From: Octopus sinensis
Lineage: Eukaryota
DNA length: 64,000 bases
Assembly (NCBI RefSeq): GCF_006345805.1
Contig: NC_043005.1
Location: 5,580,001 to 5,644,000 of the forward strand
Direction of reading: 5' to 3'
The notes beneath the pieces were generated by a model. The model saw only the letters and a list, made by a program, of their open reading frames with translations. It was not told the origin of the DNA and did not search any database. Below, piece by piece: positions 52,198 through 64,000 of the stretch (its first letter is position 1; each line of letters begins with the position of its first letter). The translations under genes and the position numbers were made by a program.

Positions 52198-53008
52198 ACA
52201 GGTGTGGTCGCCGTTTGTGAGGCACGCATTCCCGCAACTCGTCTCCATGACCGAACTACAGTCGTGGATCAAAAAGAGGCCGAAGAAGGGCGAATGGCAC
52301 CGCGAGTGTCGCGTTGCTCTCAAGCAACTCTGCCGTCCCGGGTCGACCTTGAGTGACTTCAACACAGCCAAAGCATTCTATAGGGGATTAGTGGAGGGGA
52401 GGTACGACGACGAGCTCGGGGCAAACCTGGGCGTCGACGAGGAATACCTGACCCGCCTGTTTCAAACGACTTTCGGCCCGGGACCTATGGACAACTTCCA
52501 GAGATCCCTGGCCTGGCGGTGCTACCGAGAAGCGCTACCCATTCGGGATAAGCTCTATAGGCATGGCTCGAGAAACACGGGGCCGACCTGCCCGAGATGC
52601 GGTCAGAGCGACGAAACCGCTCTGCATGCAATCGTGCAGTGTCCAGCAATTTCCCACCTGTGGGCTTATGTCGAACGACTGCTGTCACGTGTTGGACGTG
52701 TCGGTTTATCCGCCGAGTCTATCGTTAATATCGTCACGCCTCCTTCCTTCAAACGGGAAGGAAGAGCTATTTTTATCATACTTGTGGCTATGGCGAAAGA
52801 ATGTATCTGGTGGACGCGTCTGAAAGGATTAGAGACAAACACTTTCCTCTCTGGTCAATCTCTCATCAACTTCTTCAAGTATCACTTGAAGAAAAAAGTG
52901 AGAGTAGAGAGGCAAGTTTTGTCTAGTGAATGTTTTAAAAAAAGATGGGTGAATGTAGCAAGGATGGCACGTATGAATGACGAAGCCACCTTGACTATGA
53001 TTCTATGA
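52178..53008 (+). CDS. Tx1-like ORF2 C-terminus (CCHC zinc-binding region), frame-shifted
   Basis: LYVDDGEQVWSPFVRHAF...LAWRCYREALPIRDKL..CPRCGQSDETALHAIVQC; stop at 53008. Confidence 0.88.
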   Translation, partial: LYVDDGEQVWSPFVRHAFPQLVSMTELQSWIKKRPKKGEWHRECRVALKQLCRPGSTLSDFNTAKAFYRGLVEGRYDDELGANLGVDEEYLTRLFQTTFGPGPMDNFQRSLAWRCYREALPIRDKLYRHGSRNTGPTCPRCGQSDETALHAIVQCPAISHLWAYVERLLSRVGRVGLSAESIVNIVTPPSFKREGRAIFIILVAMAKECIWWTRLKGLETNTFLSGQSLINFFKYHLKKKVRVERQVLSSECFKKRWVNVARMARMNDEATLTMIL

Positions 53009-53424
53009 ACCGTAAAAATTAATACAGAGAGTTGCTTATTTGCAAAAAAAAAAAAAAGAAATATAACATGTGACTTCATTGACCGAGGTTACCGTGGTCT
53101 TTTCCGTAGGCTTTTCTTTCCACGGGTAAACCTCACCTGTCCTCCCCTTTACACTTCATATTGACATTTCTGTGATAACGATCCCTATTGATCAATTTTT
53201 TTTTCCTCTCCCTCCTTTTTTTAACCCCCCCCCCTTTTTTTGTCCTCTTTCTCTCCTTTTACGATCCCTTTTGATCGACCCCCCCCTTTTTTATTTTATT
53301 TTTTTTTATTTTCTTATTATTATTATTATTTTTTAATTTTTTTTAAACCTTCAAAAGAAAAGCTACCTTGTAATTTGTTCTATCTGTGTGCAGCCCTGTG
53401 TGGCTAATAAAGAAACATATCTAT

Positions 53425-54010
<586 letters not shown>

Positions 54011-54169
54011 TAGTAAAGAGATATATATCATCATCATCATCGTCGTTTAACGTCCGTTCTCCATGCTAGCATGGGTTGGACGGTTCGACCGGGGTTCTGG
54101 GAAGCCAGAAGGCTGCACCAGGCTCCTGGCTTATATATATATATACACACACACACACATGTCCACACA

Positions 54170-54745
54170 CAGGGTGCAATGGGTAAATTGTCAACTACAC
54201 AGTATAGCTGGGTCAGTTGGGCCACTGTCTGTGAGAAAAACAGAACCATGATGCAATTCACTTTGCCAGAAATTTGGAATCGTCATGCTGTACTGCTTGG
54301 CATTTGCATTGGAATCTCCAATATGAACGTTTCAGAGTGTTTGGGTGTCAACCTGAGGACAATGCAGAGGAATCAGAAAGGTTGGATGAGTCTAATGGTA
54401 ATTACGAAGGTACAGCAGCTTGGAAAACACACTCTGATCTGATAAGAAAAGAACTCCTGAATTTGTTGGTGAGCTCCAGGCCATGATTGACAACGATCCC
54501 CCTAAGCCAATCAGGTCCACTGACAGAGACATGGGAATGTCTGAGTTTCTTATCAGGCATGTAGTGCATAAAGACATTCAGTATTCCTCATACAAGATGG
54601 GAAAGGGCCAATTTCTATCTCAAGCCATCAAGAACAAGAGGAAAGACCACACTATGAAGCTTTTGAACAAACTCAAACATACTTTCCAACTGAACATGCT
54701 TTGGTTTTTCTCAAATAAGAAAAATTTTTGTCAGGATCAGATGGT
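54170..54745 (+). mobile_element. Tc1/mariner (maT/DD37D-like) element, 5' part
   Basis: CAGGGTG terminus; MMQFTLPEIWNRHAVLLG..NLRTMQR..MIDNDPPKPIRS..FLIRHVVHKDIQY.SYKM..WFFSNKKNF. Confidence 0.75.
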
Positions 54746-55025
54746 GAACATACAGAACACATTTGAGGGAAGACATTCGGCAAAAGCGATCTGTGGGGCA
54801 CAAATAATTGGATTCTTCACCAAACTCTCCTCCCTTGTGAGTTTCTCACCAAAAATCACAAACAACAACATACATGTGGTCACAAAAACACAAATTTCAC
54901 AACTTGCAAAGTAAACACAGTGCTGTCACTCAGCACACTGCTAGCTCTCACTGTATCAGTAGTCATGTGCTGCCATCTGTTGGCATGCTGCAGAAGTAGT
55001 CCAAGAACTTTTTTATATCACCTCA
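54746..55025. mobile_element. Rearranged fragment of the 34842-36133 mariner family with one TIR
   Basis: 54746-54855 matches ~35180-35300 in reverse; 54856-55025 matches 35960-36133 directly and ends in TIR + TA. Confidence 0.65.
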
Positions 55026-55308
55026 TATATATATATAAAGAATTTCATTGAAGTAATTTTCCCCACATTGTGAGTTATGATGTAAAAATATATAATAAAA
55101 GAAGGAAAATGCACATAGTTTATATATTTATAATATATTTTAAAGGGTAGAGTAATATGATAGTTGACCAGTTTCACATTCGCTAATTATAACATTGAAA
55201 TTGGTGAAAATATTACAATTTTGTATTTTCCCTAAGAAGTTTTTAGTCCATGTACTTACATGAGAGTTTTTACACACACACACACGCACATGTACACACA
55301 CACACACA

Positions 55309-55344
<36 letters not shown>

Positions 55345-57897
55345 ATATTATTATCCTTCATTGTTCATGACTTCTTGGTCAACATTCAACTAGCTTTTCA
55401 ATGTCTTGACAACAGAAATCACTGTGTCTTGACTTAGTTCATTGAGTCACGGTTTTAGCTCCACATTGTTTCAGAATAGAATGCTTCACAGACTGTTGGA
55501 GAGTTACTGAAAAATATGGTAATCTTTCATTCATTTGTTGAATAACTCTTAATGACATGATTCAAATCATAACTTTTTTAAATAAGAAAAATGTTTAACT
55601 CCTAATATTTGTTATAATCTCTATAATTCATGCTGCAGTTATTATTTTTGATGTTGCAAACATTGAAAATAACCAAATTCACTATTTTTGAAATAAGATT
55701 TATAGAGGAGGAGCAGTACTTATGACCATAGCTGATCCTCACAAGTTGATGAGAATGATGTGGGTTGATATTTAATTTCAACATCATTAAGTTTATGTCT
55801 GTAGGAAAAATATTGGCAGAAGGGAAAATTTCAGAGAGATACAGTACAGGGGGAAGAAGACAACAGGGAAAGAGACGAATGGCAGGGTCTAAATAGGAAA
55901 AGTTAGAAGGTATCTAGTAAAAACTAACAGTAGAGGTGTAACGGAGAAGTAATAGTGCATTTATGAGTTAGGGGCTCAGCTACTGACGTTAAGAGAGGGT
56001 TTGCAACCAATTTACCAGTTTAAAATTCTAAGAAGTTGCCAGATACAGCAGGTTCTTAAGATAGTGTAGCTGAGTGGATGGTACAATGGCAGGAATATGA
56101 CTATGACAGCTAAGGGGGAGACAGTGGTCTGGGCTGTATCACAAGTATAATAAAATTTTTAACATGGATGCATGACTTGAAATTTGGCAGGAAGGGAACA
56201 GTTGATTATATTAAGCCTGGATGTAGGATGTAGCTTCCCAGTGCCATAGCCAAAACGGTTGCCCCTTTCTCTACACTTGAATAACAACAAGAAAAAGGGT
56301 GTCTTGAATTTTTGACTTACATAAACGGTACATGCATTGATTAGTGATAAAGCCTCACAATAAAATCTAGGTTACATTGCATGATAGAAAATCCATTTTG
56401 GTAACTGCCAACTGGATATTAAACATATTTTAAGATAATTATGAGAATTAGGAAATATGTTGTGTACGAGGAAGAAAACAGAACAAAATCCATTGTAAAT
56501 AAAACATTGTGCTTTCTTAGTTGTCTATGAGACTTTATGTAAATAGAATTAAATATCTTGACCAGGGATGTAACGTAACTTCTGAAATGTGAAGGTCTTG
56601 TGTGGTCAATAAATATGGAATGATCATCCATTCAGTCTCAGCTCCTCATTTGAAATAAAACAGTTGTCTGATGTAGATGTCATAATGCCTCCTATAAAGA
56701 AAACCACGCACCATCTTTTATTTTTTATCTTTGTGGCCATACTGGGGCATTGCTTTGAACATTTAGCTGAATGAGTCAACTCCTGTACTTCTTTTTTTTA
56801 AGCCTAGTATTTATTCTATCAATCTCTTTTGCTGAACAGCTAAGTTATGGGGGCATAAACACACCAACACTAGTTGTCAAGCAGTAATGGGAGACAAACA
56901 TATACACAAAGACACACACACATAGATATATATACATACGTACATATATGTGTGTGTGTGTGTGTATACGATGGGCTTCTTTCAGTTTCCATCTACGAAA
57001 TCCACCCACAAGGCTTTGGTCAGCCTGAGCCTATGGTAGAAGACACTTGCTCAAGGTGCCATGCAGTGAGACTGAACCCAGGACCATGTGGTTGGGAAGC
57101 AAGCTTCTTACCACACAGCCATGCCTGCACTTATATAAACATGTTGAAAATGAACCAACGAGGGAGCTTCAACATGGTTATTCAATCTGCTAGAAGTAGC
57201 AATAAAATTTCTTTCAAATTGTACCCTATGTTTTAAAATGAATGACATGTCATACAATGCTATTCTAGATACATCATATCTCTGAGAAAAAATAAAAACA
57301 ATAGTGTGTTATAGATGCTGTGTGATTGAAAAGCTTGCTTCCCAATCATGTAGTTTGGGTCTACCCATACTATGTGATACCTTAGGCAAATGTCTTTTGC
57401 TATAACCATGGACAGACCAAAGCCCTAAGAATGAATTTAGTGGATGGAAACTGAAAGAAGCCCATTTTGTATGTGTGTGTGTGTGTGTGTGCATTAATAT
57501 CAAATCATTGAGAATGAGTGTTCAACACCACACTGATGGGTAATATTCTTTATTTGTGGATTAACAAGGCTACCATTGGTTTCATGCCAAGAGAAATCAC
57601 TCAACAGTTATAAAAGCCTGCTGCATGGAAAGTTGGTACTCAACCAAGATGGAAATGAATACCAATATTCCATGTTGCAGGGTTAATAATTGTTGAGAGA
57701 TTTCTCTCAGCATGATATCAATGATCGGCTTGTTAATCCACAAATTAAATATATATATATTATATACATATATAGGTATGTACGTATGCACGTATATATG
57801 TTTGTATGTGTGTGTGTGTGTGCGTGTGAGTGAGTGAGTGTGTGTGTGTATGCGTGAGTGTGTGTGTGTGCGCATGTGCATGCATGTGTGTGTGTGC

Positions 57898-57984
<87 letters not shown>

Positions 57985-58500
57985 GGTCAATGGCTCATCA
58001 GAACAATGTCATCATTTATGATGAATTAATACTCACACTTTTACCCACTTTGCAACAAGTTTATATCTGTAGGTATCCCTAAGAAGATTTCAACCCTGAC
58101 TGTTCTGCCCCTTTTGTGAATCATAAAGTGGTTCAGGCATGATATGTATAGTCATAGCATAGAATTCTCTTGACCCTTTAGTTGTTTTACATGGCAGAGT
58201 TAATGTCAAAGGTATTTTGGATGATCGTGTCCATCTTACAGTACAATCATTGTACCTTGAATGTAGTGCACTCTTCCAGCATAATAGTTTGCTGATTCAT
58301 ATGGTTAATGTTATTTAAAATTGGTATGAAGCGCTCAAAAGTGAAGTAGACCACTTAGATTCCATTCCACACACACATACAATCAAGATATCTCCATACG
58401 ATTGAACATTTATGGTTCATTTTGAAACAGCAAGTGAGGACCCACTTTCCTGTGCCATCTTTGCTGAAAGAGCTAAAGTAGGTTTTACTCAAAGAATGGT
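57985..58500 (+). mobile_element. Decayed Tc1 transposase (DDE region)
   Basis: NNVIIYDE..VYICRYP, GILDDRVHL..LFQHN, IEHLWFILKQQVR..LKELK*VLLKEWFKIP. Confidence 0.6.
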
Positions 58501-58929
58501 TCAAAATTCCCCTAACAGCTGTGATTGGTGTCAAAGGTAGACCTCAATAATACTTCTATTTATCAAGATATTTCCATTATTTTTGTCCAACCCTTGTAGA
58601 TGGCTAACTAAACTACATAATATTTCACTGTATCTCTGTGCAAGGAACTTCATTCGGAGTAATGAACCTGATTTCCAGATCAGTAACATCCTGCCAAGGA
58701 ATACATTTATAATTCTCATCCATTTCACACTAAGCTGTTGCCTAATATGATATTTGCCTTTACATAATGAATGTTGTTATGAGAAACTGTAAGATAGTAA
58801 TTTTCTAAAGGACATCTGAGATATGAATAGAATGATCTTAAACAAGGATTGAAGTCACATTGCTAACTTGATTCACTAAGAAATTTGTGCTGAATTACAA
58901 TTGGACAAACATATTAGAAATAATCTTAC

Positions 58930-58949
58930 CTGCTGTAGGCATACAGGAC
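58930..58949 (-). CDS. Candidate 20-nt upstream/start micro-exon (ATG CCT ACA GCA G)
   Basis: tttcag acceptor, CAG/gtaag donor; phase 1 would join exon A as MPTAAFMKSL; the acceptor lies in the end of a repeat. Confidence 0.25.
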
Positions 58950-59094
58950 CTGAAATTTTTGGAGAAGGAGCTAGTCAATTATATCAACCCCATTGCTCAA
59001 CTGGTACTTATTTCATTGACACCGAAAGGATAAAAGGTAAAGTTGATCTCAGCAGAATTTGAATTCACAATGGATTACTGACTGGTAATTCAAG

Positions 59095-59670
59095 CTAGAT
59101 GTGGACAAGTGTGTCACCATGCACTTTGAGGGGAAAAACTTAGCTTTTACATACTCCTCCAACACCAATTTTAAGAAGTCTGTTAGTGAACATGATCTGG
59201 ATGTTATTGTAAACAGCAATCTGCATTGGACAAAGCACATATCTAAAACTGTCAAGAAGGCTGAGGGTGTCTTAGCATTACTTGGTCAGACTTTTGTCAG
59301 CTGCTCTCCAGTTATCTAGTTTAAACTGTATGTGACAATGGTACGCTCACACTTAGAGTTTGCATCACCAGTCTGGAACCCTTATCTTGCTCAGCACATC
59401 AATCTCCGGGAAACTGTTCAGAAATGTGCAACCAAATGGCTATCTGCCATCAGGCATCTACCATACTCTGAATGTTTTGCTTCTATGGGCATGGACACAT
59501 CGAAGCTCAGATGTCTGACAACTGACTTGGTAGACACCCGCAAGATTATTCACCATCTTTCCAACAACAACCTTGGGCACCTTTTTGAATTACATATGTC
59601 AAACACTTGTGGGCATGGTTACAAAATCAAAAAGCAACACAGCACCCATGAGTTTTGGAAACATTATTTG
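59095..59670 (+). mobile_element. CR1-clade LINE 3' remnant
   Basis: KCVTMHF..EHDLDVIVNSNLHWTKHI..LYVTMVRSHLEFASPVWNPY..ETVQKCATK..DLVDTRKII..GHGYKI. Confidence 0.85.
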
Positions 59671-59677
59671 ACACTCA

Positions 59678-60064
59678 TTATTATTATTTTCTCTTTATCT
59701 CAGGGTTTTGTTTGAGCTCCTGGAGTCTTGCATGCATAGCGGACTTAATACCTGCAGCCTACAGTACCATGCTATTTGTTCTTTTCAGCTATCTAATACT
59801 TTCCTGTTTATTCTGGCCGTGCCAAGGAGGCAAACCTTTTGTAACAGTTCTACTGGGCACTCTATTCCAATTTCCTTTATATTTCTCTTGATGCCTTCTG
59901 ATACTGTTCTCAAGGACCCAACAATAATTGGCACTATCTTCTCCTTCTTCATTTTCCATAGCCAAGCTATTTTGTACTTAAGAGGGTTGTATCTATCTAT
60001 CTTTTTTCCCTCCTTCTTGACTATTCAAAGGTCAAAGGGTCATGCAACATCAACTATATAGCAT
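59678..60064 (-). mobile_element. R4/Dong-like RLE LINE, short 5'-truncated copy with (TAA)n tail
   Basis: YIVDVA*PFD..KKIDRYNPLKYKIAWLWKM..VPIIVGSLRTV..LLQKVCLLGTARINRKVL. Confidence 0.75.
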
Positions 60065-60100
60065 ATGTATTCTTCTTCTTCTTCTTCTTATTATTATTAT

Positions 60101-61760
60101 TGCCTTTGTACAGCTTCTAACATTGGAGATGTACTACAGTGTCAGCTGTTCACTAAGGTAACACCTCTTATTTTTCAAGCACCATCTGGAGTATTCAAGT
60201 GGTTCCAAGCTGTGCTGTTTTCTGCAAGTGCTACACCCTTATTGCAGCCCATATTTGTTCCACGTACTTCTTGAGATTTTTGCTCACTGTTCCCAGGGAT
60301 CCGACAATTATTAGTACTACTGCTACCTTTTTCATTGACCACAACTGCTTAACTTCCCAAGCTAACCTGTCATATCTCTCAACTTTTCTTTCTTCTTTAT
60401 CACATGCCTTGTTGTCAGCTAGGCATGCTATGTCTATGATCCAGCATCGTTTGCTTTCTTTCTCAATTAACACTATGTCTGGTTTCCTATTCTCCATCTC
60501 ATGGTCACACTGAATCATAAAATCCTATAGGATCTTTGCATTTCTATTTTTGACAATGCCTTCAGGTTTGTGGTCGTACCAATTTTTTGCTCTGTCAAGT
60601 CTGGTCGAACCAATTTTTTGCTCTGTCAAGTCCATACTTGTTGCAGAGTGTCCAATGAACAAGCCTTGCCATATTGTCATGGTGTCTTTTATATTCCTTC
60701 AGGGCTAGTGGCATACATTGGCTGTAATATGCCATACGGTTTCACTGGTTTGTCCACAGATTCTGCACTTATCACTTTCTGCTGTGTTGTCTATTCTGTA
60801 TTTTATGTAGTTTGTTCTTAGTGCTTGCTCTTGGGCTGCACAGATCAGAGCCTCCGTTTCCGGTTTTAAATCACTTTTAGTCATCCACAGCCAAATTTTT
60901 GCTCTGTCTGTCTTATCTTCAACATCCCTATGAAATTGTCCATGCATTCTTTTCTTTACCCACCTATTTTCAGTTTCATTCGTTTTCAATTGCTTGTACA
61001 GTGCTTTATCTTTCCAATCTTTCATCCTACACAAGTCTGACCTTCTTATAATAATAGCGGTTCTGTAGCATTTTTTACATACCATCCTATGTTGTTTTCT
61101 TCTGCTCTAATGCTGTGTTCACATCCAATAAGTCCTCTTCCCCCTCTTTTTCTTGGTACATACAGTCTGTCTGTGTCACTTTTTGAGTGGAGGGACCCAT
61201 ATCTAGCTCGCAACTTACTTGTCTTTCTGTCTAAGCTGTTTACTTCGTCCATGCGATTACCCCTGCTCCAGGTGTTGATAGCTTTGATCTTATTCCATCC
61301 ATTTAATTTTGAATTAAGGATCAGTTTCAGTCTGTGCAAGTACTCCACCTTAAATTTTTCTGTCATTTCTTTCTCCGTCAATTTATCCATTTCCAAAATC
61401 CCCAAGTACTTATAGCCCGTCTCTTCTATCTACTTCATAACCTCACCCAAAGGTATCGCTAGCCCATCCATACATTTGATTTTGCCTCTCTTCAAGACTA
61501 ACACACCATACTTTCTCAGTCCGAACTCCATTCTGATATCAGCACTGAAGGTATACACCATATCAATTAGGGAACTGACTTGGGCTTCATCTTTACCATA
61601 AAGTTTGAGGTCATCCATGAATAGCAAATAGTTGACTTTTTGCTGGTGGCTTTTTAATACATACCTAGCTTTTGCTTTCCTCAGAATCAGTGTTAGTGGT
61701 ATCAAGCACAGTACAAAGATCAGTGGGGACAGGCAGTCCCCTTGGAAGATGCTCCTCTAA
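60101..61760 (-). mobile_element. R4/Dong-like RLE LINE (RT, CCHC, RLE), 5'-truncated, degenerate
   Basis: FQGDCLSPL, YLLFMDDLKLY, YKYLGI, KPETEALICAAQEQALRT..CRICGQTSETVWH, RKPDIVLIEK..CWIIDIAC..K..RY. Confidence 0.9.
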
Positions 61761-61764
61761 ACTT

Positions 61765-61815
61765 CTCCTCCTCCTCCTCCTCCTCCTCCTCCTCCTCCTT
61801 CTTCTTCTTCTTCTT

Positions 61816-61846
<31 letters not shown>

Positions 61847-61863
61847 TTATTATTATTATTATT
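61765..61863. repeat. Compound (CCT)n(CTT)n(ATT)n
   Basis: Direct read; at the 5' junction of the R4-like LINE. Confidence 0.95.
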
Positions 61864-61999
61864 TTAAAGACAGACAAAAGCTGCTAAGTATTATATCTGT
61901 TTTTACATTCCGTGTTCAAATTCTGATCATACCATCCAACCCATACCAGCATGGATAATGGACGTTAAATGATGATGATGATGGTGATGGTGATGATGG

Positions 62000-62052
<53 letters not shown>

Positions 62053-64000
62053 TAATCTGCCTTACATATTAGAAATAAAGATATTTATTCTCAAACCAGT
62101 TTCTTACAGTGAACTGGAACTTTGTCACAATTTTAGTGTCCACCATGGTGATTGGATGAAATATAACTCCCTATCTGGATAATGGATACTCTGTGGCAGT
62201 TATTACTTCTAGCTGTCATGCACCAATGAATGAACCTCTATGCTGCTACTTGAATTGAAAGAAATTGCAACAGAATCTGTCATCCTGTTGAAAACTAAGT
62301 CAAAAGCCAAGTTCTGTAATGTTTCTTTAAAAGAACAGAAATGAATGATGGAGGAAGAGATTACAGTTTTTTCTCCTTTACAAATGAATGTAAACAAAGT
62401 TAATACAATTCTTGTCATGTCTTGTATTTTAGAACTGGCTGATAGTCTCATGTGGTACTATGTCATACAGAAAGTTAAATTGCTCTCTAATGTATTAATT
62501 TATTTAAAAAAAATAAGGAAACATTGGTTAACGTAGCAGAAGGTACCACCATATCTCCTAAAAAGACATCTTTTTTTGTGGTTGAAATATCTTTGATTAT
62601 AAATCTGTTTGAGCAGGTAAGACATGAGATAATATATAACAATGCCAACAGCTTCTAGTTTTCTTATCACATTCCTAAACATCTATGGCAACATTAAACA
62701 GGATTACAACAGCAAAACAATGGGCAATGAACCTAGTTACTCTCAGCTCTACTGTTATCAACTACACACTGGCCTTACGATGATGGTGATATATATATAT
62801 AAATATATATAATATATTGAGTCATAAAATCACTTAACTAAGTGTCTTTCCTAATGATAAAGTGTAATACATGATATAGAGTTAATTGACTGAGTCTAAC
62901 TCTGCATCTAAAAGAGGAAGAATCTGGGCTTTATGTTTTTATATATATTTTATTCTCTGTTATGTTTTTGATGATATTACTACTGGTAGATTTCATTGTT
63001 TCTCCACTATTCCAAAGGAGAATTTTATTGTAGTATTTGTGTATGTTACATAGCTTATGGTTTGCTTCTGGTTGTTAACTATGCCTCATGATGCTATCTG
63101 TGGCATGGGAAGGTTAATGATGAATGTTGTTGTTAGATATGCAGCTCAGTGTTTGAGACAGGAGTTGAATTGGATGAAAATGTGTTGGCTCATTTTCTGT
63201 CATCGTCAGGAGAAAGTCAGATATGACCTTCTCCTGACTATGACAGAAAATGTTTATGGGTAGTATCTGGATGTTTGTATAGTTATACATATATACATAT
63301 GTGTGTGTGTGTGTGTGTGTGTACAAAGTATATATATATTTATTTTTACATATATGTATATAAATGTATGGACACTGTTGATGAAGTGAAAGCATACAGA
63401 AGTCATGACCAAGCAGTTCCACTGCTGGTGCTGAACATTTTTGACCAAAACTGAGGTTTCTGTGCTTTTTTGCTCTATACCTATACAAGATGCTTTCTGA
63501 AGATGAATACTACAGTATTATGGCATTCTTAATGTACATCCACATTAAGTAGAATAGATTGCTATTTGATACTAATACTGCTCCCATCACTAATAACTAA
63601 TATACACACATACACACCAACACTTCCTGTCGGCTTAGGGCTAAATAGCAGTGGTGTGATTCCCTTTATGGGACTCATGTTAAGTTGACAGTATACAACT
63701 GCTCTGAAAAAACAAGATAATTTGACCTTATATCAAAAAGAAACAAGAACGCAGGAATGATTGTGTTAGAATAAATGTTATACAGAATTTTGGTTCCATT
63801 TTCCAGCCGATAGGATACAACTCTCTTCCTGGAGAGTGCATAGTCTACTTCAGTCTTTTCATTCTTATAAATGTAGTGATATAACAGAATCAGTTGAGTG
63901 TTGGACAAATATCTTATGACATTTCTTCCAACTCTATACATTTCTGAGTTCAAATCTTGTCATGGTCATCTTAGTCTTTCATCCTTCAGGGATCAATAAA

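Noticed and set aside
50253-52823. Several antisense and alternate-frame ORFs inside the Tx1 element
   Set aside because: Shadows of a GC-rich coding region; no motifs of their own.
60575-60632. 31-bp tandem duplication (also 17-bp repeat at 12828-12869)
   Set aside because: Only 2-2.5 units with no spacers; local slippage, not a CRISPR array.

Overview
AT-rich, microsatellite- and repeat-dense eukaryotic DNA. The repeat families look coleoid cephalopod, probably Octopus (inferred from recall, not from a search). The only well-supported host gene is a minus-strand multi-exon gene that the ORF track mostly misses. I reconstructed 15 GT-AG exons with mutually consistent phases between 16846 and 49048. 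They encode an SDS22-like leucine-rich-repeat plus LRR-cap protein with a helical/acidic C-terminal region. One exon sits in an apparently identical 364-bp tandem duplication. The rest is transposon-derived: a young Tx1/L1-clade LINE between (TA)n tracts; a nearly intact 1.29-kb mariner and several decayed Tc1/mariner copies; head-to-tail R4/Dong-like RLE LINEs separated by (TAA)n/(GAA)n; CR1 tails; a Helitron remnant; several Penelope-like (PLE) fragments; TTAA-flanked MITEs; and many tRNA-head SINEs. The most unusual sequence is at 5.8-6.9 kb: two adjacent fold-back elements, the larger built from two inverted arms that each carry a type I hammerhead ribozyme motif. Two more minimal hammerhead motifs lie in PLE termini. 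Most short ORFs in the track are microsatellite or antisense artefacts. No CRISPR, rRNA or true tRNA gene was seen.
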